From assembly GCA_036507075.1 (NCBI GenBank), contig DASXQR010000137.1, positions 1 through 15,351 of the forward strand: DNA of 15,351 bases. The letters run 5' to 3'. The stretch is from Acidobacteriota bacterium (lineage in GTDB: Bacteria; Acidobacteriota; UBA6911; JACQSX01). Under the pieces are notes generated by a model. It searched no databases. It saw nothing but the letters and a program-made list of their open reading frames with translations, and had not been told where the DNA came from. Below are positions 7,185-15,351 of the stretch, piece by piece (within the stretch, counting starts at the first letter, position 1; every line of letters begins with the position of its first letter). The translations under genes were made by a program, and so were the position numbers.

Positions 7185-8617
7185 CCGTCAAAGAACGCAT
7201 CCTGGTAGTGGATGACGAGCCCAGCATCCGCAAATATCTGCAGACACTGCTGGAGGTGGACGGCTACGAAGTCAAGACCGTCAACTCGGGCGGCGCAGCT
7301 CTGGAGCTTTTGGGCGCCGGCGAGCGCCCCGATTTCATCATCCTCGACGTGCTCATGCCGGAGATGGATGGCGTGGAAACGCTGCGCCGTATGATGCAGG
7401 TGGATCGCGGGCTCAACGTGGTCATGCTCTCCTGCTCGAACGAAGTCACCACGGTAGTGGAAGCTATCCGCATCGGCGCCAATGATTACCTGACCAAACC
7501 GTTCGAGAAATCCGAACTCGACGCGGCCATGCTGAAGTGCCGCCAAAAGCGCGAACTGCGCCGCGAAAACGATGCACTGCGCGAGTATTGCGAACAATTG
7601 ACGGAAGACTTGAGCTTCCTGGCCGCCAGCCCGCAGATGGTGAAAATCCGGCAGCAGATTTTGCAGATTGCCCCCGTGGACGTGCCCGTATTTGTGGCCG
7701 GAGAAAGCGGTGTGGGCAAAGAAGTGGTGGCGCGAATGATTCACATGCGCTCGCCGCGCGCCGCCCAGCCGTTCGTCAAAGTGAACTGCGCGGCGTTGCC
7801 CAGCGAATTGCTGGAATCGGAATTGTTCGGCTACGAACAGGGCGCGTTTACTGGCGCGGTGCGCGCCAAGCCCGGCAAGTTCGAGATGGCCCACAAAGGC
7901 ACGATTTTCCTGGACGAAATCGCAGAAATGAGCCCGCAGCTCCAGGCCAAACTGCTGCATGTGTTGCAAGACCATCAATTCAACCGGCTCGGCGGGCGTC
8001 AACTAGTGCAGTGCGATGTGCGCGTGCTGGCCGCGACCAACGTCAACGTGCGCGAAGCCATTCGTTCCGGGCGATTCCGCGAAGACTTGTACTACCGCCT
8101 GAACGTTTTTTCCATCAACGTGCCGCCTTTGCGCGAGCGCACGCGTGAAATCCCCGTACTCTTTCGCCACTTCCTGGAGAAGTACAGCGAGAAATTCCAG
8201 AAGCAGGCGGTGGAGCCCTCGGACACGTTGATCGAGGCGGCCATGAATTATCCCTGGCCGGGCAATCTGCGCGAACTGGAAAATTTCGTGAAGCGTTACG
8301 TCATCCTGCAGGACACCGAGGGCAGTTTCCGCGAGCTGCTGGAAATGGCCGCCACGCGCCAGCGTACCTCACCGCGCGAAGACGGCTCGCCGCCGAAAGA
8401 GCAGGGACTCAAAGCGCTGGTGCGCGGTTTGAAAGATGAAGCAGAGATGGAAGCCATCGCCGATGCGCTGGAAAAAACCAATTGGAGCCGCAAAGAAGCC
8501 GCGCGCATGTTGGGCATCAGTTACAAAGCCCTGCTCTACAAGATGCGTCAATTTAAGCTGGATGCCGGAAGGGCGCCGCGGTCATCGCCGGTCGCGCCGG
8601 CGCCTCGAAGTGAGTGA
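7181..8617 (+). CDS. NtrC-family sigma-54-dependent response regulator (REC - AAA+ - HTH)
   Basis: ATG 7181 overlaps the kinase stop (ATGA), with GAGAGGA upstream. REC 'ILVVDDE...ILDVLMP...LS...KPF', Walker A GESGVGKE, GAFTGA, 'FLDEI', 'WPGNLRELEN', HTH 'WSRKEAARMLGISYKALLYK'. Confidence 0.96.
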   Translation: MTVKERILVVDDEPSIRKYLQTLLEVDGYEVKTVNSGGAALELLGAGERPDFIILDVLMPEMDGVETLRRMMQVDRGLNVVMLSCSNEVTTVVEAIRIGANDYLTKPFEKSELDAAMLKCRQKRELRRENDALREYCEQLTEDLSFLAASPQMVKIRQQILQIAPVDVPVFVAGESGVGKEVVARMIHMRSPRAAQPFVKVNCAALPSELLESELFGYEQGAFTGAVRAKPGKFEMAHKGTIFLDEIAEMSPQLQAKLLHVLQDHQFNRLGGRQLVQCDVRVLAATNVNVREAIRSGRFREDLYYRLNVFSINVPPLRERTREIPVLFRHFLEKYSEKFQKQAVEPSDTLIEAAMNYPWPGNLRELENFVKRYVILQDTEGSFRELLEMAATRQRTSPREDGSPPKEQGLKALVRGLKDEAEMEAIADALEKTNWSRKEAARMLGISYKALLYKMRQFKLDAGRAPRSSPVAPAPRSE

Positions 8618-8891
8618 GTTTCGAAGTGAAATGGGTTGCATATTTACGGTAGGTAGGTTGCAGAACGGGTACGAATCGCCAGACCCAGTGGGTCCGACGA
8701 GGGCAATCGGGGGCGGTAAATATCCACAAATGTGCTGAAAGCGGCACTGCGTCGCGCGAGCTTGTGGAAATTTCACCCTTGCACATTGTATTCAAACGGG
8801 TTATGAAGGTATTGCATTTGGGCTCTCCCTGGGGGATCTTGAACTCATTGTCTCAGTCACCAGGAAGAGCGGCGTCCCCGTAAGTCTCGAT

Positions 8892-8908
8892 TTGGTATGG
8901 GGATTGCT
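8892..8908 (+). promoter_or_regulatory. Putative sigma-54 (-24/-12) promoter for the PilZ gene at 8967
   Basis: TTGGTATGGGGATTGCT: GG(8894-8895)-N10-GC(8906-8907) with a TTGCT -12 box, about 60 nt upstream of the ATG. Confidence 0.7.
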
Positions 8909-8966
8909 ACTCTCCGTTAATGGTGGGGTGGCTGCAGTGTGCAATGGTAGATCGGGGGATTAGTTT

Positions 8967-9305
8967 ATGACGGAGCGGCGCATAGCTCGTCGATATGAAT
9001 TATCCCTTCCCGTCGTTGTTCGGTCTCCGATCGAGAGACAAGTGGAATCCCGCAATGGCCAGACGCGCGACATCTCCACTCGTGGCGTCTATTTCCTCAT
9101 TGATGAAAACATGGCTCCGGGTACGGAACTCGACTTCACGCTTACGTTGCCGGCGGAAATCACTCGCGGCACGGAAGTGTTCATTCGCGCCCACGGACGC
9201 GTCGTGCGCGTGGAACGCAAATCCGACGACGGCACGGAAAAACTGGGCATCGCTGCGGTCATCGAGAAGTACGACATCATCCGGGCCGAACCTGTCGCGT
9301 CCTGA
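8967..9305 (+). CDS. Stand-alone PilZ domain protein
   Basis: 'ERRIARR' (RxxxR), 'RDISTRG' (DxSxxG), 'HGRVVRVE...GIA' strands; GGGGA upstream. Confidence 0.9.
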   Translation: MTERRIARRYELSLPVVVRSPIERQVESRNGQTRDISTRGVYFLIDENMAPGTELDFTLTLPAEITRGTEVFIRAHGRVVRVERKSDDGTEKLGIAAVIEKYDIIRAEPVAS

Positions 9306-9398
9306 TTCCTGCTTACTTTTAAACTTCCTGCTCAGTTGTTGCCCGTGTGCGCATCCCTGTTTCCAGAGTAGAATCGCGGGGCATTCTCCCGGAGTCAG

Positions 9399-10997
9399 AT
9401 GAAAGACCGTCTCCACTGGATTGTCATCCTTTTAGTTGGCGCGATTATCAGTATCGGCATCACGGAGGGCGAGCTCTTTTTCTTTGGCGATGAAACGCGT
9501 CACGCGATGACAGGAGTTTTTTTCCGCGACCTGATTGTGGATCATCCCTGGCACAATCCCACCCAGTATGCATACGAGTATTACGCAAAATACCCCTCCC
9601 TCGGGCTCGTGTACTGGCCGCCGCTGTTCCACATGGTGGAAGGCGTATTCTTCCTGATCTTTGGGATTTCCGTCATCACCAGCCGTCTGACCATCCTGCT
9701 CTATGCCCTGGCCGGAGTCTACTTTTGGTACCGGATTGCAGAGCGCGAGGGCCCTCGATACCGCGCTCTGCTTTCCGCGCTCATGTTTCCGCTTCTGCCG
9801 TGGATGTTACTGTATGAGCGTGTCGTAATGTTGGAAATCCCCAAGGTGGCCATGTGTCTGGCGGCCATTTATTTCTGGCAGAGCTTTGTGCGCGAAGAAC
9901 GCTCCCGGGACCTTTGGTGGTTCGCGTTCTTTCTCGTCGTTACGTTTCTCACCAGCCAGAAGGCGGTTTTTTTGGCTTTTTTTGTGTGCCTGCACTTCCT
10001 GGTGGAACGCCGCTGGAAGCTGCTCAAGCGCTGGGATGTGTGGGTTGCGGCGTTTTTGAGCGTGGCCGTCGTCGCGCCCTGGTACGAGTTCATGCTCCGC
10101 AAACTCTCCCTCTCCTATGAGCGTGTAGCGGGACAGGGCTTTCAGCACGCCACGGCCTTAAACCACCTCACCTATTACCCGCATTTTGTTCTCCTTCAGA
10201 CCGGCATTCTCGTGGGCGTCCTGGGCATGGCAGGCTTCGTGTGGGCCGGCCTGCGGGCGCGAAAGGAGCACCGCTTTTTTTTGATTTGGATTGTGGCGTG
10301 CTACCTGTGCTACACGCTGGTCCAGGAAAAATCCATTCGGCACACCATGATTTGGATTCCCGTACTGGTGTACTTCACTCTGGTAGTTGTGGAAACTTTG
10401 ATACCGCGACGGAGGTGGCTTATCGCCGCGCTGTGCGTGCTCTCCATATATTCCGTGTGGAAAGCCGTTTTTCGAACGTTCACGCCGAAGATGAGCGGAG
10501 TGGAGCCCATCGCGCAGTACGTCCTCGCACAGCCCGAATCCGATGTGCTGTATTACCAGGGCTCGCTCAACGGTGATTTCATTTTCTTGGTCCGCAAGCA
10601 TGATCCGCAGAAGCGCCGCTTCATTGCGCGCGAGAAGCAAATCGTGGCAACCAAGATTAACGCCGGCTACGGCACTCGCCGCATCCTGACCACGCCCGAG
10701 GAAGTCGTGCAGATGTTCCAAACCATGGGTATTCGTTACGCAGCGGTTGAAAATCGCGAGTTCATTGGCGGGCTCGGCCCGGTCCACGTGGCTTTGTTAT
10801 CGGACCAATTCGAACCCGTGCGCATTTTCGATATCCATTCCAATGTTGCAGAGTTTAAGAACCGCCGTGTTACCCTCTATCGGTTCAAGGGAGACCTGCA
10901 GAGCCCGGCGGGCACAGTCACCTTGCCGATGATGACGCTGCGGGAAGATATCACCGTGGACTTCCACCGTCTCGCCGGGCGCCCCTGGCCCAACTAA
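9399..10997 (+). CDS. GT-C fold membrane glycosyltransferase (ArnT/PMT_2, GT39/GT83-like)
   Basis: N-terminal TM followed by 'GDETRH' (conserved DE in the first loop), 'YWPPLF', many hydrophobic helices, 'APWY' and a soluble C-terminal domain; GGAG RBS. Confidence 0.8.
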   Translation: MKDRLHWIVILLVGAIISIGITEGELFFFGDETRHAMTGVFFRDLIVDHPWHNPTQYAYEYYAKYPSLGLVYWPPLFHMVEGVFFLIFGISVITSRLTILLYALAGVYFWYRIAEREGPRYRALLSALMFPLLPWMLLYERVVMLEIPKVAMCLAAIYFWQSFVREERSRDLWWFAFFLVVTFLTSQKAVFLAFFVCLHFLVERRWKLLKRWDVWVAAFLSVAVVAPWYEFMLRKLSLSYERVAGQGFQHATALNHLTYYPHFVLLQTGILVGVLGMAGFVWAGLRARKEHRFFLIWIVACYLCYTLVQEKSIRHTMIWIPVLVYFTLVVVETLIPRRRWLIAALCVLSIYSVWKAVFRTFTPKMSGVEPIAQYVLAQPESDVLYYQGSLNGDFIFLVRKHDPQKRRFIAREKQIVATKINAGYGTRRILTTPEEVVQMFQTMGIRYAAVENREFIGGLGPVHVALLSDQFEPVRIFDIHSNVAEFKNRRVTLYRFKGDLQSPAGTVTLPMMTLREDITVDFHRLAGRPWPN

Positions 10998-11039
10998 AGG
11001 GGAACCGGTTCCCTCGCGTTTACCCCGGAGCACAGCAAG

Positions 11040-11753
11040 ATGAACAAACTGTACGTTACAGGCGGCCGTCAACGGAAGAGACTTCTGAAGCCCGACGACG
11101 AATGGACACTTTACGAGAAAGCGGTGGTTCTGCGCGTGGACCCCGAAACCACAAAAGCGGAAATCGCGGTCCAATATCAGACGCCACCGGAGGCCTGTGC
11201 CGACGAAAATCCTTCCATTCTGTTCAAGAGCGGCACGATCTGCTCGGGCCGGCTCTATGTAGTCACTGCGACGGAGGTCCTCATTTACAACTTGCCCGGC
11301 TTTGAGCAGGCAGGCTATGTCTCCATTCCTTGTTTCAACGACCTCCACCATGTTTCACCCACGCCGGAAGGCAATCTGGCGGTGGTAAGCACTGGGCTTG
11401 ACTTAGTGGTGGAGACTGCGCTGGACAGTACCGTGCTGCGCGAGTGGGACGTGCTTGGCGGGGACACTTGGAAGCGTTTTTCGCGGCAGACAGACTATCG
11501 CAAAGTGCCCACAACCAAACCGCACATGTCCCACCCTAATTTCGTTTTCTATATCGGCTCGGAACTTTGGGTCACGCGCTTGATGCAGCGTGATGCGATC
11601 TGCCTGACGCGCCCTGGGCCACGCGTGTCCATCGACGCCGAAAAACCGCACGACGGCGTGCGCTACCGCGACCGAATCTATTTCACAACCGTCGACGGAA
11701 AAATCGTCATCGCGAGCGCTCGCGCGAGAGTGTATCTACTTCTTCACGGCTGA
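11040..11753 (+). CDS. Hypothetical beta-propeller-like protein, possibly C-terminally truncated
   Basis: Repeated short beta-strand units with His-containing blade starts ('NDLHHV', 'SHPNFV', 'KPHDG') and 'NLAVVSTGLD'. The final residues ARARVYLLLHG look unrelated to the rest. GGAG upstream. Confidence 0.6.
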   Translation: MNKLYVTGGRQRKRLLKPDDEWTLYEKAVVLRVDPETTKAEIAVQYQTPPEACADENPSILFKSGTICSGRLYVVTATEVLIYNLPGFEQAGYVSIPCFNDLHHVSPTPEGNLAVVSTGLDLVVETALDSTVLREWDVLGGDTWKRFSRQTDYRKVPTTKPHMSHPNFVFYIGSELWVTRLMQRDAICLTRPGPRVSIDAEKPHDGVRYRDRIYFTTVDGKIVIASARARVYLLLHG

Positions 11754-11768
11754 GTGAGGATCGAAGCG

Positions 11769-11841
11769 GGCGGGAGAAATTGCAAGAGCGGCTTCCTTCT
11801 CCTGCCGTGCGCAGGCCGGGAGAACCCATCGGCCTTTGCTT
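11769..11841. terminator. Two hairpins between convergent genes; possible terminator(s)
   Basis: GGCGGGAGAA...TTCTCCTGCC (11769-11806) and AGGCCG...CGGCCT (11813-11835) followed by TTGCTT. The U-tract is weak. Confidence 0.35.
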
Positions 11842-13954
11842 ACCGGGCTCCCAACAAGAACCTCGATTTGAATTCGGCGGTAAGCACCATCAACTTGAGA
11901 TGTTCCTGGGCGAACGGTGAATTTCGCGAATTCAGATAGCGAAGCCTGAGAAGTAGGAAGTGAACAAACTGCCGCCACGCATCTGCAGAAGTCACTCCTA
12001 GGGCCTGACAGGCACTAGTGAGCGTTTCGCCATAGAGTTGCGCCCACGGGCCATTGCCGAAAAATGCCGGCTGCAGATGCGCTACCCAGGGACTATCGCC
12101 AGACAGCGAATCTTGCGGCTGCTCGCTCACTGCGGGAAGGGCAGAAATTAGAAGGCTAAAAACGTCATACAGCGGCGGGAGCCCGCGGCAGAGATGTTCC
12201 CAATCGATGATTTGCAATTCGGCTCCAAAAGAAGGGAGAAAGATGTTTTCAACGGTGAAGTCGCCGTGCTGGACGGAGCCAGTATAAGGCTTCGCGGCTT
12301 CCAGCGAAAAACCGGATTCAACGGCAAGCTGATGAAGCTCACGGTTCGAATTCACTTCCAGAGGAATCTGCCACCAGCCATCAGCGACGGCTGGAATGAC
12401 GTTTTCGTCCTGGAGCATGCACGCGATCTGAATGGCAGCTTCAACACATCGATGAAGCTCCTTCTGAAGCAAGCCGAGTCTTCGATCACGCGGCTGCGTG
12501 AGGATGAGCCGCGAAAGCTCTGTACCCGCTGCCACTGACTCTGCCGTGTAATGATGCCGCCCAATTTGCAGCGAGCCCAATGGCCTTGGCAAATCGAACC
12601 CAGGATTTGAATGGCGGTTGCGACGATCAGAGGCAAGGCTAAGAATCTGGTATTCAGTCACCAAGTTCTCGACGCTTCCGGGCGACGAAGTGCTCGTTTT
12701 GACGATGCAGCGCGGCGCAGGATCTCCCTGCTCGGAAACTCGAATGAGATTTCGACTCCCAAATGGGTGAGTCGAGAGCGCGAAAACCGGTGCCACCAGA
12801 CGCGGAAGATCAGGCAGAGAGGTCCGCAACTGTCCCCAGAAGAAGTCAGGGGGGGTACCGCCAGCGTCGGATGTTTTCCGGGAAAAGATTACGAATTCGG
12901 GAATAAAGAATGATAACACACCACTTCGCCCCAGGAGAGATTTCAATTCCCCGCGCCAGTTTCCCCTAGTCGCCTGGGAAGTGTCGGTAAACTTGTTTTG
13001 AAAGTGCCTTTCCGGAAAAGCGTCTTGCAGGGGAATCAGGGTGTATGGTTGGTTGTAACCAGGATCGGCCCAGTAAAATGAAAGGGGTTGGAACCCGCTC
13101 TCATTGAGAAGCTGGCGATAGCCGCTTTCGGAATAGGTGTAGGTACGGTATTCGCGCTTGGGGTTCAAGACGGTACGGTGGTGGGAGCGGTGACTGTGTC
13201 GCAAATACCAAGTGGCAAGAGGGCGGGGCATCAGACTAGTGTAAGGAAGCCCCGAATGGTCCATGGCCCCACGAAGGAGCCCATACCCGAATCGATTCTC
13301 GATGCCAATAAGCAGAATGCCGCTGGGCTTCAAAAGCCCGTGCAATTGAGAGAGAAAATGAATCTGGACATCGCGCGGGTTACCGGACTGTGTCCACTCG
13401 CCTACCCACTCGAGTACACCGTTGACGATGATCAAATCGAAAGAATTCTCGGAGAACGGCGGCTCCAGCGCACTTGCCTGCACAAGTCGAACGTTGTGAA
13501 TCCCTTCCTGCTCCAGACGGATGCGAGTGAATTCCACTCGCTCCGTCATGGCCTCCAGCGAGTATAGCTCTCCCACACCGTGGGAGACCGCATGGGTGAT
13601 TGCACCGTAGCCGCTCCCCACATCCAGCGCGACCGCGTCCGGATTCAATCCAAGTAGGGGCAGCCAAGAAGCCCGCTGCCAGTCGATCAGGGAGAGCTGC
13701 ATATCCTGATTCTGTGGAAACCGCTTTCGAACGGCATCTCGCCATCCCGCCTCCTGCGCCTCGCGCAGAAATTGCGATGCTTCAGTCTGAGTGACTTCGC
13801 CCCAGTAGTAATCCGGCTGAAAATAACGCGGAATCCCGTCACGAACTGGCCAGCTCCTGCCGCAAGAGCGGCAACGAACTTGCGCTTGGTCCACGTCTAC
13901 CGGGGAGGAACAGTAAAGGCACTTGAATGCGAGTCTCGAAGCGGAAGGTGGCAT
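11840..13954 (-). CDS. Fusion protein: Trm112-like Zn-ribbon + class I SAM methyltransferase + APH/protein-kinase-like phosphotransferase
   Basis: CLYC...CRSC...'WPVRDGIP'; 'ALDVGSGYG', 'SFDLIIVNGVLEW', 'LLKPSGILLIGIEN'; then 'IVKT...E', 'VQHGDFTVENI', 'IIDWE' and 'PLYD'. Confidence 0.85.
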   Translation of the reverse strand: MPPSASRLAFKCLYCSSPVDVDQAQVRCRSCGRSWPVRDGIPRYFQPDYYWGEVTQTEASQFLREAQEAGWRDAVRKRFPQNQDMQLSLIDWQRASWLPLLGLNPDAVALDVGSGYGAITHAVSHGVGELYSLEAMTERVEFTRIRLEQEGIHNVRLVQASALEPPFSENSFDLIIVNGVLEWVGEWTQSGNPRDVQIHFLSQLHGLLKPSGILLIGIENRFGYGLLRGAMDHSGLPYTSLMPRPLATWYLRHSHRSHHRTVLNPKREYRTYTYSESGYRQLLNESGFQPLSFYWADPGYNQPYTLIPLQDAFPERHFQNKFTDTSQATRGNWRGELKSLLGRSGVLSFFIPEFVIFSRKTSDAGGTPPDFFWGQLRTSLPDLPRLVAPVFALSTHPFGSRNLIRVSEQGDPAPRCIVKTSTSSPGSVENLVTEYQILSLASDRRNRHSNPGFDLPRPLGSLQIGRHHYTAESVAAGTELSRLILTQPRDRRLGLLQKELHRCVEAAIQIACMLQDENVIPAVADGWWQIPLEVNSNRELHQLAVESGFSLEAAKPYTGSVQHGDFTVENIFLPSFGAELQIIDWEHLCRGLPPLYDVFSLLISALPAVSEQPQDSLSGDSPWVAHLQPAFFGNGPWAQLYGETLTSACQALGVTSADAWRQFVHFLLLRLRYLNSRNSPFAQEHLKLMVLTAEFKSRFLLGAR

Positions 13955-14221
13955 GAATTATCTTATGCGTGTGTGGGAAGCGCCAAGCCGCGACCTGAGG
14001 CGAGGCATATCTGCTGCTTCACTTTGCTCACTAAATTTAGTAAAACAAAAGCGCTGGCGGTTGTCAACCACAGCAAAGTTCAAGTGTGCAGCAAGATACC
14101 CGACTATTGCACAGGGCTTCTCAAATCTCCTTCAGTGTACTTGTAAATCGGTAAACCGCAAGATTGCATCTTCGCCTTCGTTCTCGGGCTGCGAGCCACA
14201 AGCACCCATTGACAAGTTGAT

Positions 14222-14251
14222 TTGACAGTTCTGTGCTGCGGCGGATAAGTT
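14222..14251 (+). promoter_or_regulatory. Putative sigma-70 promoter directly abutting the start codon
   Basis: TTGACA(14222-14227)-N18-TAAGTT(14246-14251), then 6 nt to ATG 14258. Confidence 0.45.
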
Positions 14252-14257
14252 AGCAAC

Positions 14258-15103
14258 ATGAATAAAGGTCATACTTCGCGCGACGGCCGGACGCAACAGC
14301 AGTTAGAGGAACACTACCGCATTGAGAAGGAGCTGGCGGATCGTCTACGGCATGCAACCCGCGAGGAGCGCCGCCGGTTGTATTCCATCGTCTACGAAGA
14401 GCTTTTTGCTCAGTTGCCGCGGCATCCCATGCTCACCCGCAAAGCCTCTGCCGAAGAGACGGCGCAGGCCGTCGCCGGCCAAATGAAGCTGCTCAAGCGG
14501 TTCCTCACTCCCGAAACGATATTTCTTGAGGTCGGCGCCGGAGATTGCCAGCTTACCTTTGCCGCGGCAAAGTGGGTGAAGAAGGCTTATGCTGTGGAAG
14601 TCTCTTCCATGATCTCCGCCAGCGCCACTCGCCCGCCGAATTTCGAGCTCATCCTCTCCGATGGCGTGAAGATTGATCTTCCCGATCGGAGCGTGGGAGT
14701 GGCCTACAGCAACCAGTTGATGGAGCATCTGCACCCGGACGACGCGTTCGAGCAGCTCTGCGAGATTTACCGCGTACTCGCCCCGGGCGGCATCTATTTG
14801 TGCCTGACGCCCAACAGCCTCACGGGGCCGCACGACATTTCACGCTATTTCGATTCGGTGGCGACCGGATTCCACTTAAAGGAATATTCGATCCGTGAGT
14901 TGACCAGCCTATTTCGTTCCGTTGGATTTTCGCGCCTGCGATTTTGTTTTGGCGTAAAAGGAAGATTTCTGCCGCTACCCATCCCACTTTACCGGCTCAT
15001 GGAAATGTTTGTGTATTTATTTCCAGCTTCGTTGCGGAAGATCTGGAGCCAGCGCCTGCCGTTTCGCCTCTACCAGGACCTGCGCTTGCTGGCAGTTCGC
15101 TGA
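14258..15103 (+). CDS. Class I SAM-dependent methyltransferase (Methyltransf_11-like)
   Basis: Motif I 'FLEVGAGDC', 'AVEVS', 'LPDRSVGVAYSNQLMEHL', 'EIYRVLAPGG', 'TPN', 'HLKEYS'. Confidence 0.9.
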   Translation: MNKGHTSRDGRTQQQLEEHYRIEKELADRLRHATREERRRLYSIVYEELFAQLPRHPMLTRKASAEETAQAVAGQMKLLKRFLTPETIFLEVGAGDCQLTFAAAKWVKKAYAVEVSSMISASATRPPNFELILSDGVKIDLPDRSVGVAYSNQLMEHLHPDDAFEQLCEIYRVLAPGGIYLCLTPNSLTGPHDISRYFDSVATGFHLKEYSIRELTSLFRSVGFSRLRFCFGVKGRFLPLPIPLYRLMEMFVYLFPASLRKIWSQRLPFRLYQDLRLLAVR

Positions 15104-15285
15104 GAGGGCCGCGTGCGCAGGGAGTTCTAGGGCATGCCCGCCCCGCGGGCCGAACCCCGATGCACTGACTTGCCTTTCGGGACGAAAACCTATTGCAACG
15201 CCGCGGCGATCCGTCCTACCCTATTCTCCCCGGCTGCCTGTTGCAGGAGCGCTTCGAAAAACTTATCGGTTCGCGGAGGGGTCCC

Positions 15286-15351
15286 ATGAAAGTGAAGGAC
15301 CTGATCGAGTCCCGCAAGGAAGTGTATTCCATCCCCGTGGACATGAGTGTG
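15286..15351 (+). CDS. Probable CBS-domain protein, N-terminus only (runs off window)
   Basis: GGAGG RBS, then ATG 15286: MKVKDLIESRKEVYSIPVDMSV, resembling the 'MKVKD.....V.T..PD.SV' start of CBS pairs. Only 22 codons are visible. Confidence 0.55.
   Translation, partial: MKVKDLIESRKEVYSIPVDMSV

Noticed and set aside
1095..8617. Calling either bEBP FleQ/FlrA-like (direct c-di-GMP binding) or naming them ntrC/prsR
   Set aside because: The FleQ ExxxR element (as I recall its position after PLRER) is absent in both proteins, there is no FleQ N-domain, and orthology cannot be fixed from motifs alone.
11840..15103. Horizontally acquired island
   Set aside because: The region looks slightly more AT-rich by eye, but there is no integrase, transposase, tRNA or flanking direct repeat; it cannot be supported without computing composition.
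1..15351. CRISPR arrays, tRNA/rRNA, IS elements, c-di-GMP riboswitch
   Set aside because: No periodic repeats, cloverleafs, transposases or convincing riboswitch structure were seen by eye; an Rfam/Infernal scan of the intergenic regions would be needed to exclude them.

Overview
Bacterial chromosomal window; an Acidobacteriota-like origin is my inference from gene content, not established. A signalling core sits between surface-glycan/envelope genes. The core contains a histidine kinase translationally coupled to an NtrC-type REC-AAA+-HTH activator, a second paralogous sigma-54 activator with no input domain, a GGDEF-PilZ fusion protein and two stand-alone PilZ proteins. The flanks carry a partial GT4 glycosyltransferase, a YdcF/DUF218 protein, an orphan MacB-type permease, a GT-C (ArnT/PMT-like) transferase, a probably truncated beta-propeller protein, a Zn-ribbon/methyltransferase/kinase fusion, a class I methyltransferase and the start of a CBS protein. 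The main observation is that the input-less activator, the GGDEF-PilZ gene and both PilZ genes are each preceded by a correctly spaced -24/-12 sigma-54-like promoter (one is an AG variant), with related TGTG(A/G)-type half-sites further upstream. This suggests a self-contained kinase -> sigma-54 -> c-di-GMP cascade. No RNA genes, CRISPR arrays or mobile elements were recognised.
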